Source: Psilocybe cubensis
Taxonomy: Eukaryota
Length of the DNA stretch: 64,000 bases
NCBI GenBank assembly: GCA_017499595.2
Contig: CM039009.1
Coordinates: 868,001 to 932,000, forward strand
Reading direction: 5' to 3'
Position numbers and translations under genes: made by a program. Shown piece by piece: positions 34,605 to 45,411 of this stretch. Numbering within the stretch: position 1 is the first letter of the stretch; each line of letters begins with the position of its first letter. The notes beneath the pieces were generated by a model. That model was given only the letters and a program-made list of their open reading frames with translations. It made no database searches and was not told the DNA's origin.

Positions 34605-36422
34605 ATGGTTCCTTTATATCCTCAAGAATTCTTGAAAAACAACGATCCACCCCCCGATGAAGTTCTTCAAAGGGTCAAAGCTCATCTTCATATTGCCAGA
34701 CCGGCCAAAGACGAGGCCTTAAAGAGAGCATATCTTGACTTGGAAACACTCGAGGAACGAATGGAAGATATGGAGTTAAAGCTACAAGAACACGAGACGT
34801 CATTGTTCCTTTATAAATCCATTCTCTCGCCTGCCCGTCGGATTCCAATCGATATTCTCCACCACATCTTCTATCGCTGTCTTCCGGCCCAGCGCAATCC
34901 CCTTATGAGTTCCTACGAAGCCCCGATGGTACTAACTCAAGTGTGCCGTACTTGGCGTGCCATCGCTCTTTCGTCTCCCCGGCTGTGGTCGAAGATACAC
35001 ATCACTTACGCCTACAGCTCCAAGTTAAAGGCGAATAGTGATAGCATGTCCGAGCCCGATCAAGATTTGCCTACCGTGGATGGTGATACCATACTCCGTA
35101 TGCGCTGTGATGCCGTCAAGCAATGGCTCCATCGTTCAGGATCGTGCCCTATATCGATATCGATAATGCACACAGGCAACAACCCGCAAAGACCTTCTAG
35201 AGATAATGATGAGTCCAGCAAGGCTAATACTTTGGAACTTTTCAAGACAATTGTCTTGTTTTGTGATCGTTGGGAAAAGATCGAATTGATTATGCCCGCA
35301 GATCTGTGCTCCTTGTTGGGCAGCCTGATTCCAGTTGACAACCTTTCTCTCTTGAAAAATGTGAGGATACTCATTGCCGAGCATTACCCTATGCAAGAAC
35401 ATCAATGGGATGGCTCGGGAAGCGCATTACTTCGAGCACCTAATCTTCGAGAAGTATCATTGGTCGGATGGTATGCTAAGTCATGGAGGCCGACGATGGC
35501 GCAGTGGAAACATCTTACGCATTTTTCTTGCTATTCGCCACTTCATGTGGATGATTGTTTCTACTTGCTCTGCCATGCCGGAAAATTGGTCCGCTGTACT
35601 TTAAGGCTTTTGACTTTGAAACCCCCTAATCAGACCATTCAGTTGCATGGACTCGCCTTTCTTCCCTGCTTACACACGCTGTCGATCATTGGGAATCCAG
35701 CTCAACGACGAGTGACTGCTGAACTTGTGGGGAAGATTAATGCTCCCAGACTTCTCAGTATAGCGTATGAGGTCCCAGAAACGCACCATAATAACTTTAC
35801 ACTAGAAAATGCTCAATTTCCCTTTCTTCATTTGCTCGAAGTGACAACAATTCAAAGTTTGACAATCGACCCGCGGCATCTCTCAGACAGCCTTGAGGAA
35901 TGGATTACGATTTTACGGCTTTCGAAGAATGTTGTTGATCTATTCATTGGCAGCCGGACGACGACTCAAGGCGAGGCAGATGAACATCCTTATATCCCTT
36001 TCAACTACCTAGCCCTCTTTCAGCTCCTTACTATTGATTCAGACGCCGTATCCACCCGTAACTCCGAGGTCATACTTCCTAATCTACAGGTGTTCTCAGC
36101 CTCTGTAAATTACAGCATTACCAAAGATATTCTGGCCAACTTTATAAAAAGCAGAATGGATCCGACGTCTCCTCATGGGGTGGCCGTTTTGAAGACCGTC
36201 ACCATAGCTTTTCCCCAAAAGCCAGAGGATTACGATTATTTTTCCGATGACCCATTCATCCCCCCAAATGCACACGGAGTTGAGGTTCAGACTTTCTTTC
36301 AGTTCATTAACAATTCCTACAACAATAAGGAAACCTCTTTTTATTCCCTCCGCTATGGTCTCAAACGAAGTAATGATCGTTCATGGCCACATGAGGATGT
36401 TGATGAATCGGTGAGTCAATGA
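34605..36422 (+). CDS. Agaricomycete F-box/LRR-like protein (paralog 1)
   Basis: LSPARRIPIDILHHIFYRCLP..EAPMVLTQVCRTWRAIALSSPRLWSKIHI..WLHRSGSCPISI. A possible terminal intron (GTGAGT at 36411) would move the stop to about 36490. Confidence 0.85.
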   Translation: MVPLYPQEFLKNNDPPPDEVLQRVKAHLHIARPAKDEALKRAYLDLETLEERMEDMELKLQEHETSLFLYKSILSPARRIPIDILHHIFYRCLPAQRNPLMSSYEAPMVLTQVCRTWRAIALSSPRLWSKIHITYAYSSKLKANSDSMSEPDQDLPTVDGDTILRMRCDAVKQWLHRSGSCPISISIMHTGNNPQRPSRDNDESSKANTLELFKTIVLFCDRWEKIELIMPADLCSLLGSLIPVDNLSLLKNVRILIAEHYPMQEHQWDGSGSALLRAPNLREVSLVGWYAKSWRPTMAQWKHLTHFSCYSPLHVDDCFYLLCHAGKLVRCTLRLLTLKPPNQTIQLHGLAFLPCLHTLSIIGNPAQRRVTAELVGKINAPRLLSIAYEVPETHHNNFTLENAQFPFLHLLEVTTIQSLTIDPRHLSDSLEEWITILRLSKNVVDLFIGSRTTTQGEADEHPYIPFNYLALFQLLTIDSDAVSTRNSEVILPNLQVFSASVNYSITKDILANFIKSRMDPTSPHGVAVLKTVTIAFPQKPEDYDYFSDDPFIPPNAHGVEVQTFFQFINNSYNNKETSFYSLRYGLKRSNDRSWPHEDVDESVSQ

Positions 36423-36892
36423 CCACATAGATACTGTCAAAATAGTAGTGACAACAGATATACTTTTAGATCATCTTCCGGGAGTATTGAAATGGCTTCT
36501 CACCTGTGCTAAGTAAAACTAAATCAATCCTGGATATCGTGAACATATCATAAAGAGATGTTGAGCCCCAGAGCTTATCAGCGCCATCCTCTCCGGTTCA
36601 ATCTACAAAAGTCTGTGTGTAGTTTCATAATTTGTTGTTTCAAAATGCATGGATACGCTTCAAAATAAAAATTGTGTATGTGAATATGTACTACTACTAG
36701 TATTCATGCCAGTGCACTTGCGACTTGCCTTGAAATATTGGTATTCACTAGACGGTGGGAACAACGGTCCCCAGAGTCGCCGCAAGTTGAGCTTGAACCC
36801 TCTGATGCCAAACCCCGTGACGATGACTGGTTGCACACAACACTCACACCACCACTCAGAACAATAATCTGATTGTATAAATCAACGCCATC

Positions 36893-38803
36893 ATGGATAA
36901 TGATCTCAAGAATTTCCTCAAGCACAACGATTTGCCAAATGAAGAAATCATCCCGGTGGTTAAAGAATTGCTCTGTGCAGGCCAGCAAACATCGCAGGAA
37001 ATGCAAAAGGAAATACAGAGCCTCGCTGAATCGATCGAGAAGGTCTACGAGGACTACATAGAGTTGAGAACTTCTCTTCAGGATGAAGAGATTATAGCAT
37101 CTCCAGCTCGAAGGCTGCTTCCAAGCCACATTCTTCGCCGGATTTTTTTTCATTGTCTTCCAACGTATCGATATCCATCGATGGCGTCTTCTGAAGCACC
37201 CATGCTTCTAACGGCTGTCTGCAGCTCTTGGCGATCCGTGGCGCTATCAGATCCCTACTTATGGTCCAAAATATACATCACCTTTACCTACAGCCCTCCC
37301 CATATGCGCGGGGGTACCAACCTTCACAACGTGGAGAAAATGTTGAAGGCGCGATGTGTTGGGGTCAGAACCTGGCTGGGCAGGTCAGGGTCTTGCCCCC
37401 TTTCGATATCAATACGGCACAATGGTAAAACTGGGTGGTTGAGGGACAGATATCACGAAGTGATTGAAAACCCGAATGATGTTATTTTGGACGATACAAC
37501 CCAAGACCTTTTTGAAGTTGTTACAGCACTCTCGCATCGATGGGAGGAAATTGAACTAAACATGACATCAAGTCTATACGATAAATTTGTCAATATGATA
37601 TCCGCCGACAGTTTAGTCGCCCTCCGACGTACCAGGATATCTACTGATATGGAATACCTTGATGAATTTGATGATGAAGCCATCTCATACAAGGCATTGA
37701 AGGCGCCGAATTTGACGGTTCTTTCCGTGAACAGGATATTGCTACTCGGACCCTTACCTGCACCGTGGTCCGCAAACTTGGCCTATTTTTCGTGTTTCCA
37801 CCACGCTAGTGTTAGGGAAGTTTGGGATTTGCTTGTATCGTCACCAAATCTAATACACTGCTCTGTCACAATTATTGACAGCCCTTTTTGGGGAGATGGG
37901 ACTTGGAAATACGACACAATTTCTGACTCCACAGATGTTGTTGTACTTCCCCGCCTACTTTCAATGTCAATTTCCTCATTAATAGAAGAAAGGGAAAAAA
38001 TTTCCCGTCTACTCAAGCACCTCAATCCTCCCTTGCTCACGGATATAAAATCCTTGCATCCCCGCTACTACGGCTTTGACGAAACACAGGCTTGTGAAAT
38101 CGATGAGCCGTTTCCTTGGCTACCAACATTTAACAATTTGAAGATTATAAGGTTTAACGTCGATCCTCGCGTGCTTTCAAGTCGACCTGACGAACTCCGA
38201 GATATTTTCCGAGCCTTGAGTTCGTTGACCGAATTTGTGATAGGGCAACACTTCGAGCTTTCCCGTACGGCGAATCATTATGAATCGAGCTCGGGCCGGC
38301 CAACACATGAACCTCGTAAAAATTACAACTATACACCCATTTTTAGTCTCTTAACTGTTGACTCTGACTCTAAAAAGGAAATCCTTTTACCCAACTTGGA
38401 GTTATTCCATGCCTCAGTAAACACCCAAGTTTCGACAGATCAGATCTACAAGTTTGTTACCAGTCGCTTGAATTCATCGTCGGTCCACGGAGTGCAAGTG
38501 TTGAAACAAGTCCATATAGCCATTGGAAGGAGGGAGTCAAATCGAACGCTCCACGATGACATTGTGTCCTATGGGAAGAAAGTCGGGGCATGCTGCTCAG
38601 GCATCTTAATCCAATATATATCTAATAATTATTCCACTTGGCCCTTTTCCTCATACTCTCCCGGCTTTGGTCTGATAAATGGCGTCCGTTCTTGGAGATA
38701 TGCAGATGACATAGTGGTGAGTCTTGTCTCTACTTTTTCATTATCTTCAAGCTTGTCTAAGGGAGTAAACGCCAAACAGGACAATGACGACGATGACATG
38801 TAG
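36893..38803 (+). CDS. Agaricomycete F-box/LRR-like protein (tandem paralog 2)
   Basis: ASPARRLLPSHILRRIFFHCLP..EAPMLLTAVCSSWRSVALSDPYLWSKIYI..WLGRSGSCPLSI. Shares C-terminal blocks with paralog 1 (LLTV/IDSD, LPNLxxFxASVN, HGVxVLK). Confidence 0.85.
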   Translation: MDNDLKNFLKHNDLPNEEIIPVVKELLCAGQQTSQEMQKEIQSLAESIEKVYEDYIELRTSLQDEEIIASPARRLLPSHILRRIFFHCLPTYRYPSMASSEAPMLLTAVCSSWRSVALSDPYLWSKIYITFTYSPPHMRGGTNLHNVEKMLKARCVGVRTWLGRSGSCPLSISIRHNGKTGWLRDRYHEVIENPNDVILDDTTQDLFEVVTALSHRWEEIELNMTSSLYDKFVNMISADSLVALRRTRISTDMEYLDEFDDEAISYKALKAPNLTVLSVNRILLLGPLPAPWSANLAYFSCFHHASVREVWDLLVSSPNLIHCSVTIIDSPFWGDGTWKYDTISDSTDVVVLPRLLSMSISSLIEEREKISRLLKHLNPPLLTDIKSLHPRYYGFDETQACEIDEPFPWLPTFNNLKIIRFNVDPRVLSSRPDELRDIFRALSSLTEFVIGQHFELSRTANHYESSSGRPTHEPRKNYNYTPIFSLLTVDSDSKKEILLPNLELFHASVNTQVSTDQIYKFVTSRLNSSSVHGVQVLKQVHIAIGRRESNRTLHDDIVSYGKKVGACCSGILIQYISNNYSTWPFSSYSPGFGLINGVRSWRYADDIVVSLVSTFSLSSSLSKGVNAKQDNDDDDM

Positions 38804-39450
38804 AGAGCGAAATATATGTATCTACTTAGTTCAAATGCTCTGATGCAATATATATAGTAGTTAAAAGAGCACAGATGTGAATATGGTCGGTAGGTCATTA
38901 CTGTGTGCTTCAGTTTCGCGAATGGAACAAAAGCCTTAATCATGGTAGGTGCTGAAAGCAGGGGAGTAGATTAATTGACAATCTGCGGCACACCCCAAAG
39001 ATACAATATAATAAACGCAGAAAGTGTTTGATACCAGAAGGTCAACAGAAGTGTGTACATATGCACTACTATGCAAATGCACCATAATGCGAACGAAATT
39101 GGAATTAGGATATGGACAGGAAATACAGAGATGTTAAAAACATAAGTATATATAATGACAAAACAATGTCAGCAGGGGTGACCAGAGAGCACCCGAACGA
39201 CAGCAAAAAATTGAGATTAACTTTCCGGGTTATGCAAGACGGACCATGCGAAGGGCGCTCGGGATAACTGAGGACAGGGATGTCCAGAGAAGTCATACTG
39301 TCAGAAACCTTACAAATTAAGGCCTGATCTGCAGCGTTGAACGAGTGGGAACTACAGACAAAGAATCGGAGGGATGACATTGTCAGGCTTTCCAAGATTT
39401 TTGAAAATTATCGAGGGATGAAGCGTCCAACTGGGGAGCTAGAACGCAAT

Positions 39451-40845
39451 CTAATCCAGAGGTTCCGTAGAAGTGCGGGCAAGCGAAGCCGATTCAGCGT
39501 CATTCAAACGCGAGTAAAGACGCTGAATTCCGTCCCAAATAGATCTAGGGTATCCACTGAGCATGTCACTTGCGACAAAAAATTGTTGTTTCTTTCTGGG
39601 ATGCTCCAATGTCGAGTCATTGTCTTCATCGTAATCGTCGCGCTTCCTTTTAGATGAACTGGAACGTGCTTCTGCCTGCGTTGCCGGTGCCGGTGCCGAG
39701 TCAGCTTTGCTCATAATAGGGGAGTTTGGTTGGATCAGTACACTTCGCAATGGCCGAGCATCTGCCGAGTAAACATGGTGCGAGGACGAGATATCGGTCG
39801 AGGACTGATATCGGTATTCTTGCAGATATTCTGAAAAATGAACTCGAGGAGTGGATGACGAGGAAGTGGACGAGGATGAACCATCCAAGCTTGTGTTTCG
39901 GTATAAATTCCTACGAGGTCTACGGTGCTTCTTGATTTGAGGCGTGTGGATATCCAAGCATGGTTGTATTGGCTCTGAAGTTGAACGGTGACGGTTGAGC
40001 TCTGGTGCGTGGTAGATATCCATGCCACGCTTTAGTGGCTGCCTAGTAGGTCGGCGAACATCCGGCTCTTCTGTATTGTAAGTGTTCATGCTGGGTTGCT
40101 GAAGTTCTCCTGGCTCACAACGGCGGGATTCACTGTAACGCTCCAATTCACATTGCGATCCGATGAGCATGGCCTCTTTGCCTACGGTATCCAGCACGAG
40201 ATCGGACCCGAGGTTGACAGGATTATCAGTGTGTTGATTAGACCGATGGCGCAAGACGTTCTGATGTACATGAGTGGGATGTGGTCGTGTCCGTTCATTG
40301 ATAGTGCAAACAAGCCTGGTTATGCGAACTCCGCCAACGCTGTCCACGGTAGTACAATAATCCATCTTGCGGGACCTCGTCCATTTGCTGTTTTGGAATG
40401 CATCAGGCCTAGCTGACCCCTCTCGTAGCTTTGCGTAGCCATCAGAGCCGATATAAAGGGTTCCGACGAGCTCCGGTGTTTCGATGTCCATAGGCATTGT
40501 AATGGTCATGGGCAGTTGGATAGAAGGTATCGAAGGTGAACCGGGCGTCGAAGGTGAACCGGGCGTGAAAGTCAAGGAGGTAGAACCCCCTGCATTAGCA
40601 TGGATACCTTCTCTATCACTATATGAATTTCAGGAAACCTCCTGAAGGAAGGGCACAAGCACATACTCTGCTGGAAGTGAAGAGATCATAGACTCGACCA
40701 CGCGAAGAATTGCGGTTTCCTGATCGTTGGTTTTCTGAAAAATTTCCTGATAAGCCAAAGATGCTAGGAGAATCTTGTGAAGTGCATTTGCTAGTTTGCT
40801 AGCAGGTGCGGATGAGCTGAAGACTGGGCTGAAAGTGTCGGCCAT
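39451..40845 (-). CDS. Hypothetical, largely disordered protein (Ser/Arg/Pro-rich)
   Basis: 71-aa exon from ATG 40845, then an intron, then a 374-codon ORF that includes a duplicated TPGSPS unit. No recognised domain. Confidence 0.6.
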
Positions 40846-41421
40846 ATTGGGATTGGGGGAATGGTTTTCTCTGTAACTGTACTGGTTCTGGTCGTAAAAG
40901 CAAGATGAGGAATCCTAAAGTGCCATCTTTGTTCATTTAAATACGTTCCATAAGAGCCATTGTTGTCCCGAAAAGTAGGTGCCATTTGGAAGGTGGGCCA
41001 CCAACTTGGCAGCCATAACAAAGCCACTGAGAGACGCCCGTTATCCATGTGACTTGCTTGTTCTAAAACCCGTGCTTCGTTTTGGAGATCAAACAGGAGG
41101 AAGATGAGAGTTCACTGTTCGAACCGTCGTGGACGGTGCTGGTGAACGTTCAACGTTCAACGTTCATTAAGCCATCTGCATCAGATCCAGACACAGCTCT
41201 CGGTGTTCAAAATGCGTGGGAACATTGCTGTGTCAACGATTCGGCAGATAACGTCAGGGAGCACGAACTGGGAGCTAACGTTAACGTTACTCCCTTGATC
41301 TGTTGGCAAGTCCGATTTCAAGTTTGCAATTTCCTTGAAATACGCACAAAGACATATACATATGGATACTCCCTTCTAGCGGCATAGAATCCACATCCAA
41401 CTTCAGTCAACTCCTATCATA

Positions 41422-42321
41422 ATGAAGACCTCCGTGGACGCTGAGCTACCGAACGAAATGATTCTTCGTATCTTTCAATACCTGGACCTTCAAGGACTCA
41501 TCACAGCGCGCCTCGTGAACCAGCGATGGAGAGGTCTTGTGCCCTTCGCAGAAATAGAGGAGGCACGGAAGACAATGCTCGATTTTTACATGGACCTGTC
41601 GGTATCTCCTACCTTTCATAGAACGAGGGAATGGGTCAAGAAAAATCGGAAGTCCTTCAACCGCGAAACATATATTTTAAAATTGGTGGCCCAATATCCG
41701 TCGCTTCCAGAAGAATATCGATTGTGGGTGCTCGAGTGGCCGGAAATAGCTGTTATTGGAGGAGTTTGGCCGGGTCTTGCACGAAGAGCATATCTCAAGG
41801 AACATGCGGATGGTGTCAACATACGTCCAGGAACCAATTGGTTAAGCTATCCCCAAGTTAGTACGATGGCGTATGCGGACTTTCACAACCAAACCATAGA
41901 AGCTATTCCTGGGATTCTGATATGGAGCCAGCCAGACTATTTGACGTGGCTTATAGTGGACGAACGGAAACATTTGAACGGAAAGTTATTTCACTCTGGT
42001 ATAACAGAGTACCGCCACTTGCTAGAGGGTTCTTTGGGCGAAAACAAACTGCAGCACCCCTATGATAGGTTGACGCCGTCTTGGATAGCCTATCTCAGAG
42101 AGCTTTGGAAAGCCATTGAAGAAGCGGATAAAGGGCTTAATCTGGCCTCGGCACCGAACAAATGTGGCGTCAACGGAACTGAAGCAGCCACCCCAATTCC
42201 TTTTGTGATTCCAGAAGTGCAGCATCTTGCAGGAATCGCATGGAAACGACGGAATTCCTCTGAGACAACAACCTGGATGTCGGGAATACGAGCGACCCAC
42301 TCATTTGACCGCGAAGAGTAA
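41422..42321 (+). CDS. F-box protein with a possible SMI1/KNR4-like C-terminal region (intronless)
   Basis: ELPNEMILRIFQYLDLQGLITARLVNQRWRGLV F-box, downstream SLPEEYRLWVLEWP motif. Confidence 0.78.
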   Translation: MKTSVDAELPNEMILRIFQYLDLQGLITARLVNQRWRGLVPFAEIEEARKTMLDFYMDLSVSPTFHRTREWVKKNRKSFNRETYILKLVAQYPSLPEEYRLWVLEWPEIAVIGGVWPGLARRAYLKEHADGVNIRPGTNWLSYPQVSTMAYADFHNQTIEAIPGILIWSQPDYLTWLIVDERKHLNGKLFHSGITEYRHLLEGSLGENKLQHPYDRLTPSWIAYLRELWKAIEEADKGLNLASAPNKCGVNGTEAATPIPFVIPEVQHLAGIAWKRRNSSETTTWMSGIRATHSFDREE

Positions 42322-42542
42322 CACTAGCGAATGTATGACCAATACCATGTATCATCATAACAACCTGACGAGGCCCAATGATTAGTAGGATGCTTCTCGT
42401 GAAACATATCACTTTCAGGCCTGCTCCATTCTTTATTTAGTAGAGAAAATGCAGCGCGGGATGAAACTAAAGTGGTACCCGAGATCCACGAGTTGGATCG
42501 TTTCGATTCAGAATACTGGCATCCCTGACATCTTTAATGGAA

Positions 42543-42548
42543 TATAAA
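42543..42548 (+). promoter_or_regulatory. TATA box of the small peptide gene
   Basis: TATAAA 57 bp upstream of the ATG at 42600. Confidence 0.5.
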
Positions 42549-42599
42549 CTGCTGAGGAATTTTCTAACCTCTTCACACCGTACACCTAAGGAACGACAA

Positions 42600-42749
42600 A
42601 TGCAACTTCAACCATTCGCCTTCTTCATCGTCTTGATATACGCAGCGCTCACCACCGCTGTCAGTCACAGCCCTAATGGAGGTGTCACTGGTCCAGCCAG
42701 CGAATTTGAGAAGCGAACTGGTGTCGAGATTCGTGGTGATACCCATTGA
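42600..42749 (+). CDS. 49-aa secreted peptide precursor (signal peptide, pro-region, Kex2 KR site, 10-aa peptide)
   Basis: MQLQPFAFFIVLIYAALTTA-VSHSPNGGVTGPASEFEKR-TGVEIRGDTH*. Upstream TATA box and an intron-like GTGCGC...TAAG just after the stop. Confidence 0.65.
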   Translation: MQLQPFAFFIVLIYAALTTAVSHSPNGGVTGPASEFEKRTGVEIRGDTH

Positions 42750-43916
42750 CTAGAATAAGGTGCGCTGTCATTTTTCATTGCAAGTCTCTTATTGACCTTG
42801 TTTGAATATTAAGTCATAGCTACACGTATTCACCGACACTCCTTTGAAGCATCAGTTCGTTTTGCTACAATAGCGATACACTTCGTGTGGCCAATAATCC
42901 AATCCAGGATATAACGAAATTTACTCAGGAATCGAGATACTTTGTGGGCACAATCCTAAATAAAACTATGCGAAACCATTTTTCCTGTGCGATTTCGATT
43001 GTCTTCTCTATGATCCCTTTGCATAACTTCGCAAGTTTGCACGAGGCTGGGTGCCGTCTTTATCCTCAGGCATAGCCGCATAACAATGGTGCCATAACTT
43101 CAGCCTAATTAGTCGTTGGGTGGCCCTACTGCTGGTTGCATTTAATGCGACTGTCCACTCGAAATGTTCCTCTACAACCCAAACCTATTTGCCATGTTCC
43201 TGCTCTTCCGCTCCTGCGATAAAGTGATGCTTGATACCGCAAGCACAACAAATCAACACGCGGTCACTCCACTGCTCAATAGAGAGAAGAAGATAGCTGC
43301 TTCCAAGATGAAACAGAATTGTAACAATGTGGCATTATATTGGTGAGCTCGCCGCTGGTTGCTGCGGTTAATATACTTGACTGAAATGACAGTGAGTCGA
43401 CAAGTGCCACACGAGAGACGTCGGACTGTAGCGAGACCTCCTCAATTATGTCTTCCGCAAGATCGGCCAATACCAACCCCGAGAGAAAATCGAGGGTCAT
43501 GCACACTCAGCGAGAGCAAGTCTACAGTTCGTTGTCGTTGGTTTACAACTCGCATGTCTTCTGTGGCATCCCAGGTTCTGCTAAGTTCCAACTGTATTCA
43601 ACTTAGATCAATGGGTACGAGAAGTCCCCTTTATTCCATGAGTATAAAGGCAAAGTAGCCAACGGACGTGAACAGGCCGGAGATAAGGCCAAATTTCAAT
43701 CGGCTCTTGTACCTTCTGGCCACATTTTCAACTCTTCTCAATTAGACCCGCTGTAGTCTGATGGTACACAAATGATATTCTTCTCGATGATACGCTGTTT
43801 AAAGATTGCTAAATCTGTGCTGGACGACTCCACCAACGGTGAATACAACCATGTCTCGACTTTTCTGCGTTTCCGACCTTGCCGTATTTATATGATCTTC
43901 AAAGCACCGATTCTAC

Positions 43917-44543
43917 TCAAACTTTCAAGAAGTATGATGAGTCAATTTTCGTCGTGAATCGAGAGGGTATATACCTTTTTCGAAGCGCCAGACTTGGTTC
44001 CATCCTTCGTGGCGTCCCCAGACATTAATATCAGTTCCATTGTCAAAGCTGCCTTTGTCAAGGTCAACATTGAGCGCCGTGCTTGGGACGCAAATTCTAC
44101 ATCGTGTTAGCAGTGTCCAATTGCAGGTACAGATTTTTTGTGCTACCTTCCAGCAGTGACCTGGGCTGTGTCGGGCCACAAGTGCCAGATGAATGCATCA
44201 GAGGAGATTCTGACGACGGAGCCATCCTTGGGGTCGCCGTCGCTGATACCCAGATATTTACCGAATTGAACGTTCTTGATGAGCCAACCTCCTTCCGTGT
44301 AGGTGATATCCCACTGTTCAAGTCATTAGCATATCACGAGCATGATGGTATAGTAGATGTGGGGCACCTGTTGGTTGTCTCCACCGACGCGTTTGTATCC
44401 ATTTACTATGTGTTATTGGTGAAATGAGCAGATATTCAGCTAGGCTATTACAAACCCTTCAAATCCGAGGCAACGTCGATGACCGTCCCGGATTGTGTGT
44501 TGACAATAAAGTAGCGTGATCCTGATGAGATATTCAAAGCCAT
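43917..44543 (-). CDS. Ricin-B (beta-trefoil, CBM13-like) lectin, no signal peptide
   Basis: Spliced product MALNISSGSRYFIVNTQSGTVIDV..GGDNQQWDI..WLIKNVQFGKYLG..NVDLDKGSFDNGTDINVWGRHEGWNQVWRFEKV*, containing QxW repeats. Confidence 0.85.
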
Positions 44544-45411
44544 TGTCTGGGTGAAGACTGAGAGGTAGGTGCTCCAGCTACGCCCTTATATGCTGAAACG
44601 GTCCCATAGTTTGTCTGTTTGTGAATATGATTATGAGAACGACCCATCGACGTCGGATCCATTCCAATTAACTTCTTTCCGACGATTTTACAACAGTGAC
44701 GTCCGGGGGGCAGTTCGTATACTAACTTACAGTAGTGGAAGACCGATTTCCATACTGTTATCTGGTCGATTGACAGCATCTAACACTAAGCTTTAGCCCC
44801 TAATTCGAGCAAGAACCATTGTAAGTATATGACCTTGCGAAAATGAACGGGAAACTTGAATACCACCTGCCAGTGATTCAAGTCATGAGGTAACTGTATG
44901 AACTGAAATATGAAAGTAAAAAACGGGGTCAACTTTGCAAGTATTAGGAAAGGATAAGAAAAGAAAAGATGCCAGTTCGGTCTCTCCTAGACACAATTCC
45001 ATATCATGATGCGAAGCGTTCACCACCGTACTTGAAATAGTGCGAAGTTTGTTTTGTGCCACGCCCTCCGAATTGTGCCAGAAAAAGTTTACATATTGAA
45101 AGTATGGACTCCTAGTCTCTCCTCGACAGACTTTGGTATGTCTTCGCGATCACCTGAAGTAGATTGGAAGTAGATCTGTTGCTTGTCGCGCCCCCGTCAA
45201 AGTGCGGAGTTCGAATATCTTATATTCAGCCGGTTGGCTTGGCCTTTGCCTATCTTTGGTCGGATGGTCGATGAGAACTGAACCAAACAACCGCTTGTTG
45301 AACCACGCAAGAAAAGATGCTTCCTGCGTTCTATAATTTCTAATTTTTTCAACATCTGCCAGCTTTTTGTCTATTTGGACTCATTTGGAAACCCCCCAAA
45401 CCCCATATTTA

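Noticed and set aside
40530-40567. 18-bp tandem duplication
   Set aside because: In-frame TPGSPS repeat inside a disordered coding region, which is ordinary slippage.
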